From Convolutriloba macropyga (Eukaryota), in contig NC_134472.1 in the NCBI RefSeq assembly GCF_964194025.1, positions 52,762,001 through 52,826,000 on the forward strand: DNA of 64,000 nt, written 5' to 3'. Of the stretch, positions 40,491 through 52,178 are shown piece by piece. How positions within the stretch are numbered: the first letter of the stretch is position 1; every line of letters begins with the position of its first letter. Under the pieces are notes generated by a model. The model searched no databases, was not told the origin of the DNA, and was given only the letters and a program-made list of their open reading frames with translations. Made by a program: the position numbers and the translations under genes.

Positions 40491-42095
40491 TTATCACTTT
40501 GATGACATATTTATCTAATCTACGTTTCGAACTCAAAAAACGTCGGCGAATTTGAAATTTTTTCCCTGTAGAATTTTGTATTTTTATCGTTATAAGGCTT
40601 CTAGCTGGGGACTGGCTAGCGCCCAAAACACTATCAAGCTTGAAAGGTTCTTCGAAGAAAAGTGAGTCCGTCTGACAATTAAGTATAAACTATTGTCCCC
40701 TCTGCTCTCTCAACGCTGTATATAAAAGATATTTGATGCGCGCAATAATTAATTTCTTTTCCAAGTAATGGAAATAATAATTCACTGAAATGTAGTTATT
40801 AAAACAACCAATTATATATCGGTTTTTTGCACCAGTGAATTGAAGCTAAGGGTTATCCCCAGAATAAGTAATTACGAAGTAGAGAATTAATGAACACAAT
40901 AAAATTTTCTCCTCTAATTCAAAATTAAGAATCATAAACAACTTAAAACAGTTGGAAGAATCCCGATTCCACTAAGTCAAGGTACTTTAAGCTAGTCAGA
41001 AAGATCGATTAACCGTTTTTAAACACTCTTTTTAACCTAAGAAAGTTGAACTCGCGTGTCAACTTCGTCTCGCAACTATGACTAACTTGTTTGACGAACA
41101 AATGCTTTTCAGATTAGCAAATCTCTCTCTGAGCGTTTTTATTTTGCCTAAGGGTACTCAACCTTATCAGTTTTTTATCAGCAAAACGTAGTGTCGTTTC
41201 TTATAGAACATTCTGACCTAACGTCTAAGTGTTATAGGGGGCGTGTAAGGTCAGTCACAAGATGCCACCTATCTTATGTGAATGTTTGTTCGAGATGACC
41301 GGAGTTGCGTGTTTAACTCGGTTTGATAATTTCAGAATAAGGCACAATCCATGTTTCCTGCTGAGCATTATGTGTGCGAAATTTTGCACGTTTGCTTTTT
41401 TCCGCCCTAACTAACGGATACGCATCCAATTTAAACTATGATACCTTTGTTTCCCATTTAGGCTGGAGTAGTGTTCCGTTTTAAATAAAACTTTAACCAT
41501 TTCCTTAAAGTCATCAAAAAAAGGAAAAAGAAATCTTAGCTCTTTGTGTCCATTATTCCCTTGTAGAATAATTTCAGTGCTAATACTTTGGGATCGACAG
41601 ATAATTTATCTCAACTTTCCACACTGAACGAGGCCTTGGTAAAATGTTTTGACTCTAGAAAAAGTGTCGTTTCTTTCAAAGGAGTATAAGAAATTCGCCT
41701 TTCATTTATTTTCTTTGTTTTATTTTAAAGGCCAAAAGAACGGTTTGTGGTACCGTAAAAAGCCCGTTGTTTTTTTCAATGTGTAAGGAATTGGCCTAGG
41801 AGTGATCAGTTAAAATTTCATGGTGATCGGACTTGAGGAAGTACGGTTTTCAAGACTTGCGGGGGTGGTGGTGAAATTCTAGACGCTTAGTTTGAAGCAA
41901 TTGGGAACCCTGAAGCCGTACCAGAGAGTAGCAGATCGATATTTCATGCTCTGATAACTCAGTAAGGAAATAGTGTGCACACCCTTTCTTGTTTGCTCAA
42001 TGAACCTATGCGAATATAAGAAAACTAGCAAGTCACCAACTAGCAAATTCATTAAACCTTAATTCCTACTAGTTTTCATTTACCTACTAACTTAG

Positions 42096-43034
42096 AGCGC
42101 CAATGGATTTCTAGTTATACAGTCTATTCTCAAATTTCATCGTCGTGGAACATTTCCACAAGATGTCAGTTTTAATCGACAGAAAAGGCACAATTTTAAA
42201 CAATTATGCAGTCGGTTTTGCAAACCAAAACTAATTCTTATTAATAAAAAGACTGGACTTAAAGTGTTGCATTCCAGGAATGCAAAAATTATCATACAAA
42301 AATTACATCAGAACCACAAGCATATTAAAGCAGTTAAGCTCGAACGGCTTGTTAAACAATCTTACGATGTCCAGGGAGCCCAGCCTATCGTTCGAGAAAT
42401 AGTACGTAGCTGTGAATATTGCAATGAAAAAATTACTCATCGCCGTTTTACCGGTCCCTTAGTTCATGCTTCTCGCCTTACACTGGATAGAATTTGTTAT
42501 GAATTAGGCCTAGTTATTAACGAAAGGCCGTTACTGGAAAACAATTGCTTCAAGAACGCCTCTTCGTTAGATCCTACTTCTTTTATCCCTAAAACCGTGG
42601 ACACTATTGATCCCAATTACAATTGCGTGTGCGCTGCACTTAGCACAATTCTGACCAGAAACCCTAATCAAGGCGGAAAAATTGAAGAGATAATTCGTTC
42701 TTTACGAAAAGAAGGCCCGGACCGCCACTTATTAAATCTGATGGGCGCTTTCCCTCTTATTAATGGCCCAGATGATCTTAATTTTGTTACAAGAACATAT
42801 TTGAGAATGCTAACCCGAACCTTTAGAACTAATATTTATATGTTTTATGAGACCGATGAGTTCGAGCAAGCCCACTGGGATTAATACACTGGAAACAAAA
42901 TGGGCCCAAATAGAGGAGGAATTTACTTAAAGGCCGGCCTGAGCGGTGGAACAATGCATTGTTTTATTGTTACTCGAGTTAAGCCACAAAAAATGAGGGG
43001 TAAGTTGTTCAATTTCGATGACATAATTTGTTAA
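42096..43034 (+). pseudogene. Ginger/GIN-like integrase N-terminus + H2C2 zinc finger fused to an OTU-like cysteine protease, no DDE core; one internal TAA
   Basis: Frame open 42096-42881: ILKFHRRGTFP...KRHNFKQLCSRF (Ginger/GIN1-type N-terminus); H-x4-H-x29-C-x2-C at 42306-42422; IDPNYNCVCAALS (Cys at 42624); LRMLTRTFRTNIYMF. After TAA 42882 the same frame gives GIYLK...MHCFIV (His at 42957) to a stop at 43034. Confidence 0.7.
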
Positions 43035-43123
43035 ACCGGACTAGCGCACACATGACAGTTATCTAAATTAAATTAAAGTTTGCTTTTACACTGCATATGG
43101 ACGCTCGATTTGCACTCTCTTCT

Positions 43124-43456
43124 TTATTTCCAATAGCGCTTGTTGCTCGGCTTTTTCGTCTTCGGACAAGTCGCTATCACAAGCTGGTTGATGCTGTTGT
43201 TCGCGTTGCTGTTGTTGTTCGCATTGCTGCTGTTGTTGATCGTTTGGTGGCTGTTGTTGCTCGCTTGATTGCTGTGGCTGCCCGTTTTGTTTCGCTGCGA
43301 GGGTCCTTTTCCCTTGTTAGACCTGCCGCTTTTTGTTCGCCTCTTTGCCTTCCTCTTGGAGTTTCGAATGTGCTCTGCCCGTGGCGTTTTACCAGCCACT
43401 GGAGGCAGTTTTATTGGGGCCTTTCTATGTCGAGCCTTTGCGATTTTGTTGTCCAT
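43124..43456 (-). CDS. Small basic protein, 110 aa, with H3-tail-like motif and Asn/Ser-rich (or frameshifted Gln-rich) low-complexity region
   Basis: ATG at 43456, open to TAA at 43124; GC-richer than the flanks; KARHRK...AGKTPR and KRKAKRRTK. Confidence 0.4.
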   Translation of the reverse strand: MDNKIAKARHRKAPIKLPPVAGKTPRAEHIRNSKRKAKRRTKSGRSNKGKGPSQRNKTGSHSNQASNNSHQTINNSSNANNNSNANNSINQLVIATCPKTKKPSNKRYWK

Positions 43457-45182
43457 AGTGCTATAATTTATTAAAACCTGACGAATAAGGATAATATGGA
43501 GCAAGGCCAATAACAGCAATTAGCTAAGTTCAGTTTTTAATGGAAAAATAAGGAAAATAAATTGATTTCCTTTCTTTGTAGTTTCCACGGGCTAAGTTTT
43601 AATGTGAATGACCTCGAGATTTTCCAACTCGAATAATCTTGGACTTATTTGCCTTGCCCCAAATCGCGCAACAATAATGTGTGCCTCTTATCAGGTGTTA
43701 TTTGCCGTGCAAAACTCCACTTTTGGTATTGTTGGTAGTTTGTGTGCTAATTCGGTCTTGTCTTTGTTAGAACAAGGTATTTGAGTCCTAAGTGCTTGTT
43801 TCATCAGCCCTAATGTTAATACGCATATTTGTATTTGAGACCTGTCAAAACTAGGACCTATTTATTTTACCCGCGAAAGTTCTGGGTGTGAAAGATAAAG
43901 TTGCGACTAACAAAGGTGTCAATAAACTACGCAAGAACTAAATTCTACATTCACCCAAAACTTTGTTTTAAGTCAATATTTTAATCACACACTTTTGCTC
44001 CTTTTTTTGTCTTCTTTCTTTTATTTCAAATTTTCTTTTATTCTTTAAATTTTTCTTAATTTTTTGTCATTTCAAAGTTCTTTTCAAACACTGCTAATTA
44101 TAATTTTTGAATCTTTGAGATAGACGATTTTCCTATATACTGATTTTGCGATAACAGCGAATAATGAGTAAAATTTTGACATTTTGTGTACTTCTGTTTT
44201 TAGGAGAGTTTACGAACCAAATTTTTGGATGCTCTTCAAAGTTGACCTTAATTTAAAACAAGATTAAACAAGAATGTTCCATTTCTTCAGCACATGAATA
44301 AAATGAAATCTTATTTTCAAATTTTTTATTCATTTTTTTGAATTTTTAATATGTTCAATATCAAAAAAAAGTTCCTGCTGTTTTAAAATTATGTAAATTT
44401 TGAAAAACTGGCTATTTTGCTGAAATCAAGAAGGAAGACGTCGACGAAACGTTTTTTCTTCGCCGCCTGCATTTATTTTTCATAGCTTAATGCTGGAGTC
44501 TATTCCCACAATATTTAACAGTATTTCAATGGTCAAATAGTTGAGAAATGTACCATTTTTCATCATTAGAGGATATATTGAACAAAAATCAGCACGTCAA
44601 AGTCGTGGGAAGGCGATTGTTTGTAGTGCGCGCGTTCCCAAAAGCGCAATTATTCTAATGTTTGTGTGTGACGCAAAAATGAACAATGGGCATTTATTTA
44701 ATGTACAGTTTCTTTAAGCGTGGTGTCAATTGTTAATGATAAAATTTGCGAAAAATAATAGAAATAGTTTTCTTCAACAAACAAGCGAAACGTCAAAATT
44801 GTTTACAGAGCATTCTATTGTGTTTAAGGTCCTGGCAAACGCGGAAAAACTGCATCTTCAAAAAGCGTTGGTAAGTTTGCTGCAATTTTGTGCTCAATTT
44901 ATTTTTCTTCCATATTCCCTCTTTAGCACGGTCTAATCAAAATTTCAGCTCAAAATTCGACGTCTTAAGTGGTTGTTGTCACGAACAACAATCCTCTTAA
45001 TACTTGTAATTAGAAACATCTGACAATAAAGTCTTTTTTCCCGTTCAAGCTTCAAAGCTTCAACCTATTTTTCATCTATTCTCTTGTCTATTTGGAGAAG
45101 TAAACGTCTATAAAAGAGGCTTTTATTTAAATCGTGTGTATGCAAATTTATTTTGATAACATCTGTTAAAATTTTAATTCAG

Positions 45183-45792
45183 GCACCAGTGCAACTTTCA
45201 ACAGCGATCTCGGATCATGCCAGAATCACATGCACCAGTTAACAACATCCCCCAATAGCCCGTTTCAAACTGAAGGAATTTACTCAACTTTTGAATCTGC
45301 GGTATCGTTACAGTCGCATCGGCACAGACCATTAGAGCGTTCTTGTTCAGCTTCAGCGCGAGATTTCAGCTCGCCTACGAATACTTCACGTGAAGGGATA
45401 TACGAAACGTTACATTCATGCCGTGCGCAACGTTACGTGTCACCGTCAGACCAAGGATGCTTACTTCTCGCAGAACCGGATTACAATTCGGAAAATTTCA
45501 GCCAATCAGAACAGCTTGAAACATTTTGTGCTCATAACAATTATCAATATTTCCACCCTTCGTACCCCCTGCATTACTCTCCCGTAAACACAGCCCCCCT
45601 AGTGATAGGTTGTCAGCCACATCCAGAGCAGTTTGCGAGCACGTCCAGTGGGGATGAGCATTTTGGGGGGACATTTTCAGATCAGTCTGGCTATGACCCA
45701 AAAGTGCTCTTGTTGTACAAGGGTCACAAGCACTACAAGAGGCTGAGGAGGCCCCCTCGCGCTGCCAGTCACAGTCCAGAATTCTATCCCGA
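45183..45792 (+). CDS. Large coding exon of the host gene (Ser/Pro-rich, Tyr motifs)
   Basis: Acceptor ttttaattcag|45183; 610 nt open and GC-richer; phase-1 entry matches the upstream donors. The ORF-track stop lies inside a perfect donor ga|gtaagt (45793), so the gene probably continues downstream. Confidence 0.7.
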
Positions 45793-46949
45793 GTAAGTAC
45801 TCCAAAATTAACATTGGCATTCTTTTGTCAGAATCTTAAGCAGCCGGTGTCAGCCGTCCTTAGCCTTAGTTCTCGACTAATGTCCATATGCATTTGATCC
45901 TGAGTTGATAAATTCTTACAATTATCATTTAACTATTAAGTCTAAAGAAGAGGCTGGGTATTGCGCTTGCACATAATGTCCCGACCCCTCTCATTCCTGT
46001 TTCACATTTTCGCACATTTTTTTAGCAAATAGAGGACAGAAATTAGCGAAAAGTAAAGTGCACGTGGAGCAACTCGCTGAGACAATAGTGAGCATTGTAA
46101 TTTATTTTAATCTTTTTTATCGCAATCTTCTGATATCAAAAAAATAGGTTCTGACACTCAAGTTTACTTTTAGTTAGGAAGCGATTTTGATTTTTGGCCT
46201 GAGCATAAAATATCATCGTTTCTCAGAACACAAATCAATATCACAATATTTGCGAAGTAAAACGAAGTGAAGAATATGCGGAAAAAAATGAAAGCAAGGC
46301 ATTCTTAGCGATACAAATTTGTTTTAGTCAACTGAGAAGCCTTGAAGTGAAAATTTCAAAGATTTCATCATCCTTTTAAAGAGGATTGAACAATAGGAAC
46401 AAGGAAAGTCTTCATATTGCTTCTTCCGTTTGCGTTTTGTTCTACTTCAGTTTGGTCGAAACAAAAAAGAATGTTTCATTAAAAAATTTAAAGAAATCAA
46501 ATCAGCATGATCAGAAAGCAACGAAAGATAATCGAAATCCAATTTTCATGTCACTTGAGTTATGAATGGCAAATTACTCATTTATGTGATAGCCAGCAAA
46601 CATTGCTCGAACAAAAAAATTCCGAAAACAATATAAGCGAAGAAAAATTGTACATCATGCAAAACAAGTTTTTTCAGGTAATACAAGGAAACTCGAAAAC
46701 TAGTCGCTCACGATTTTCATTTGATTGCCAAGTCTTGAAAACCATAACTAAAAGGTAGTGCTAACTTTGAATTTAGGATACTTTATAGTGAAGAATTGAA
46801 ACATAGAAAAGAACTTAGCCAAAGACCTTAGAAAATAACTTAGAGCTCAATAACTTAAAATATATTTTACAAAACTCACAAAAACAAACATGTCAGTTTA
46901 TAAAGAAGACTGCAACTAACAATTGTTGAAATTTGTGGTATATGTTTTG

Positions 46950-49900
46950 TCAAATAATGCTATTTACCTTCTCATACTGGTCGATCGATGGAACTTTGTG
47001 AAGTATTTCAAGTGAGGTAAATTTTCTCATATAATTGTGAATTGGCACCACATGATATGCCTCAAAGTGAGTCATCTCTCAAATGAAAATTGTATGTATA
47101 ATTTTTTCTGTGACTTTAATTTCGATAATTTTTGCAATTTTTTGATCTTCTTGATTATCTTAAAAATGACTTTATTCGAAGACTATAATCTCTCAAACTC
47201 GTTCGAGCTTCTTCGACACCGATCGTTCCATAGCTAAAACTGATTCATCGAGATTGTTTTGCTATCAAGATTTAACTTCCATCGGACAAGTTATGGGGTC
47301 TTCCAATCCGTTGATTTGTCTCCAGAGTTTTGGTTGAAATCGTGGTATCTGCTAGAACTCTCACCAATTTGGAACATTGTAGTCTGAACTTTTCTTCAAA
47401 GTTTTGTTTGTTTGAAGCCTTCACAGGTAAATAAGCTCTACCAGCAAGGCAACAAAAAATCACAGCCGATGCCAAAAATGAATAGTGAAGACAGAATGAG
47501 GCAGAGACACGCGGAATGATAAGAAAATAAAACCTAGATTTGATGCTGCCTGGCTTTAAAACTGGCCTCAGTGTTGATAACAAAGGTTGGTAATTTCTGC
47601 AGTGGCAATTTGGGAGCTATGACTTTATCGCAGCCATAAATTGATACTTGATGGGACACCTGGTCAAAATACATCTTGATGAAGATGAAGCAATCCATCA
47701 GTTTTTTTTTCAGGGCACAAAAGTTGATCACTCGCTGGTGAAGACCTATTACAAATGTCCTTCTTTTTGTGGTATGGTATGCCCTTCCAGAACGCTATGA
47801 GCATTTTGTGGCACAGGAGAGTTTCAACCCTGCTGACAAATTTGTGTAGCTAAAACTACATCTCTCGAATGTTGAGGAGAGCTTCAGATATACAGTTGAT
47901 CTGGAAGATAATCAGCACGATGCCTTGTTGGCAAAAAAACATCTCATCTCACTGGCATCTGGCATAATTTTTTCATTGAACTAACTTCGAAGGAAAATTT
48001 TTCGCTCGGATGATAGATAGAAGATGATTCGAAAAATACCGTCGTTTTCAAAGCCATTAAACAATACAGATGGACAGCAAACACAATTTGAAAATGTAAA
48101 ATATATAGATGTTGAAGCGAGAGAAACTATGGATGGACTACATATTTTGATTACTAAAAAAATTGCCTTTTACTGATTACCTGGCAACTTTATTTTAAAA
48201 TTCTAGTTTAGATTAGAGAAACTTGAGCTAACTTACTTAAAATTAAAGTCAGCTTTCAACTAAAGCACAATGAAAGCCTCAGATTTTTAGGCACAGAAAA
48301 TTCTTCCTGTTACCCTGCAGAAAGGAAATGAAACTCTAACTTTAAATTGGAGCGGGGCCATAGTCAGACTAAATCTTTATGAAACACAAGAAAGTTAGGC
48401 TTCAAAAAGCATTAAAAGTTTTTGCTGAACCATATTGCAGGCCAAAAATTCTGAACTGATAACGGAATAGAGTACAAAAACATAGCTTTTAAAAAACACG
48501 AAAAAAAAAACAAAAAAAATTGTGAGTATATCGTTCACGAAACAGATAGGCAAAACGTTGCTCAGCGTTTTAAAGGGATAGTATTGAGGTTGGAAGATGC
48601 CTTTGAACAGACTCAAAATTGCGGAGCAGCTAATTATCAGGGTGTTGCTTTCAGCATTCATATATCATGGACAAAACAAAAAAAATACGTTATGAAAAGG
48701 TTTTTCGTAAAAAAAACTTAAAGCTATCACCTAAAATATTTTGTTTGTTCAATTTATTCAAGCAAATGTGGTATGCAAATAAACTTCAAAGACTGTTGCA
48801 AAAGCTTCAAATGTTTATTCATTAGCAATTCAGATAAAGTTACAGCGTACTTGCTGCAATATTTGAAGGTAATCTTAATTTTTATTCATTTTTCTAAAAA
48901 GAAGTTTTAACAAATACAGTACTACCGAATTTTTAGAAAAAGAAAATTGAAAAAAATTGAAGAAGAACCACGGAATACTTCAAGTTCCTATAAACGGTAA
49001 ATTGAGACCAAGAGTGTTTTGGAAAAACCAAAAAGAGCTAACGTCCATGCTGGAAAAAGAACAGAATAGGCAAAACCAGTTTCATACTTGAAACCAAAGA
49101 AACTAGAAGGGTAAAACTTAGAAAAGATTTAGAACAACCAATAGAAGCGTAGTCTAAAACAATCGGCAATCGCCAAAAGTGAAGCAAAACTCCAAGACGG
49201 TTACCGGTGATAGAGACGTTAGGTCTAGTTTTGTTTCCCTCAGGGGATGAAAAAACAAAGCTGCTGTGTTCAGAAGACAAATAAGTAAAAAATTTCGGAA
49301 CATCATTTTTGATGAAAACTAAAGGATTCCGATAGGCTTCGACCAACTCCATAATGGTATGCCAGAAGCTGCTCACGTATTGTACAAAACTCAAGCATAG
49401 ATATTTTTGAAACATAAAATTTTGGAGGGTGTTACTGCGTTGACACAAAAAGATAAGTGATTTTAATCAACAAAAACAGACTTTAGCAGTTTGCAAGAAA
49501 CTCAATTCTGGTATCTAGTTGACCGAGAAACAAGAGAAATATTTATTCAAGGTTTTTGGGTGTACAAAAAAAATTGGGTGTACAGAAAGGCCATTGAGGA
49601 TCTGACGACAAATTTACCTTTAAAGCTCGATGTGTAGCGAGGGTTTAAAATCAGGAGAAAGAATTGAGTACTCTGAAAATTTTGCTGTAGCCCTCGAACC
49701 CGAAACTTGTTTTAGTATTAGCAACTAGAAATAATTTCTTGGTAAAGCAAATGGACGTAAAAGAAACCAGATATTGCATTAAAAAAAGTGGATTAAGTGT
49801 TCCTAGAGCTACAAAAATGCATCAAGCTAGTCGACAAAAAATGGCGATAAAATAGTTCCTAAACTAAAACAATCGTTTCTTGGACTAAGAAGAAGCAATT

Positions 49901-51320
49901 TAAATTTGATTAAAAGATTTCTCAAAGATCTTAGTTGCGCAATGTATTGACAGAAACGGGCATCACTGCTCGCCGATCGTTTGTTTAATATAAAAGAAAA
50001 CTTGTTCAATTTAAGCTGTGTTGATCATTTTCTGCCGGAACTGTGAAACACAAATTAACGTTATCAATTGTAAACAACATTGATTTTATCAGACAGAAAC
50101 AAATTGAAGCCAGAAGATTAGGACGAGAGATGCGGGCACAAGTGTTGACGCAGCAAGATTCAGTAAAAGTAGCTGCACATAGGTTTAGAGGTCTAGTAGG
50201 TTCGTTATATATCTTACGAAATTGAGCAGACATCATGCGGATCAACATTGTTATATCACGTTTCATGACTCAACTTTTGAGAATTTCCTTGATGAAAAAC
50301 GCGTGTTTTTGTACCTAGAAAAAGCGAAAACTCTTACTGTTTTCCCTTTTACCATCAATGCCACTTAAGTTGGCTAAACAAATTTTGACCTAATTCTTAA
50401 TGTTACTGATTGACGTTTAACAACAACTGCTTTTTCAAAATTGGGGACAGAGGGGATCGGTCAGTTAGTATATCGAAAAACATCAAACAAGGTTTCTCCA
50501 AAGTCCAGCAACAGATTTTCACGCAGCATCCTTCCTGCGATGCTTTCTTCAAAGAGGTCAAGTATGAAGAATATGAGCCAAAGAAGAATCGACAGGCCAA
50601 ACAGAATTGTATAACGCTCGCAACTAACCCACTGCAACACAAGCAATTGTAGCACATTGCCACAAATTACCGTTTAGTAGGAGAAAATAATGACAACAAC
50701 CCAATTAAGGTGATCTACAGAACACACCAATAGATAATATAGCACCTGATGTTCTGACAATGGAAATGTCACTTGTTAAATTGGGAGAATTTCGAGCAAA
50801 ACCTTTTCGAATCCAGATTATTACCTAGCAGAATTTATTAGAGTGGGGTAATAAAACATTAAAAAATTACGTATCCATAGAACTTAGAAAACATCTTTGG
50901 GCTTACAAACTTAAAGTACTTTAGTGAACTCACAAAGAAATCAATTTACTTGTTTAAAACGACAGGGCAACAAATAAATTGGAAACGGATTGTCCATCAA
51001 AAATGAGCTGTATCCTTGTCAAACAATGATGTTTATCTTCTCAAACCTGTTGATCAATGGAACTTTGTCAATTATTTCAAGCGAAGTAAGATTTTGAATT
51101 AAAATGTTAATTTGCATCACCTGATAAGCCTATTTTCGGATTTTTTTTGGTAAATTCGCTTTTGTTTATTCTTTTGGAACAATTTTTGCTAAGTTTTTAA
51201 TTTTTTTGACTATCATAAAACTGACTTAATTTATTTTGAAATTTTTAATCTCTCTAAATTCGTTGACCTAATACAGCATCAATCGTGCTTCTTAGGTCCC
51301 ATAGTTTGTAGTGTTTCATC
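46950..51320. mobile_element. Decayed fragments of the dispersed element family, including a membrane-protein (env-like) remnant on the minus strand at ~47270-47900
   Basis: 46953-47250 and 51022-51320 are diverged direct copies. Plus-strand remnants at 49100-50700 resemble the inverted 8000-9900 region. A hydrophobic stretch LCLILSSLFIF / LASAVIFCCL follows Cys-containing remnants. Confidence 0.4.
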
Positions 51321-52156
51321 GGTTCTGTTGCACTACCTTGTTTGAATTTATTGCGAACATTAATAAGACATTCGGTGACTTTGATAGAGTTGACAAAAAC
51401 ATGAAAAAAAACGGAATGAAAATTTTTTAAATCAATGGGCAAGTTTTGCTTCGCATATTTTCTCTATGATTTAAGCAGTTGCGTCTATCAAAGCTACAAA
51501 CAAATAACTGTAAGTTTGAAAATGGAAAGTATTTATTCCTCTACAGTAAATGATAAAGTGTTGTATCATAGCTGAAGGCTGCTAAAAACCTGAAAATGAA
51601 AACGGAAAGCACATATTCAGGTTTTCGGTCGAGAATTTCAACGTGATTGTTTCAATTTGTTGTTTTTATTAGAAAATTATGACATGAAGGACGTTTTCTT
51701 ACGACATGAGATTTTTCCAAAAATGAGGTCTTCTTGTCCCAAAGCGGACGAAAATTTTAAGAACGGAAAAGCTCAACAAAGGGAACAACCTCCCTGGGTA
51801 ACACAACGTTAATTGGCTTCTTGTTTGATTATTCACGACATAAGACACAGCCTGGCAGAAGTTAATTGTCTATTGAAAACTTTAGAGCGAAATTGGGACG
51901 GAGTCAACTAAAACTTAAAATCATCCAACTTGCCATAAATTTTTTCCAGAATCATTTTTTTAAAACATGTGATCCAAAAACTGAGAATTTTTTTTGAATT
52001 TTTTCACAAAATTGTTTTGACTTATTAGATTACTTTCAACGGGCTTTCAATTGTTATCCGAAGAATGATAGTTTCTTGCAAAAAAAAAATCACTGGCGGA
52101 ATTACTGGAGTTAATTGTTTTTGTTTTATTTTTTTTCGGCTGGCTGCTTTAGTCGC

Positions 52157-52178
52157 GGGGGGGGGGGGGGGGGGGGGG
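52157..52178 (+). repeat. Poly-G tract (22 G)
   Basis: Seen directly. Confidence 0.95.

Noticed and set aside
43097-43474. Plus-strand Val/Ala/Arg-rich ORF
   Set aside because: Antisense reading of the CAA/CAG-rich repeat; the apparent hydrophobicity is an artefact.
40490-43960. Ginger-type TGT...ACA terminal inverted repeats around the H2C2-OTU cassette
   Set aside because: Candidate ends (tgttatagg at ~41230, gactaaca at ~43910) match over only ~5 bp.
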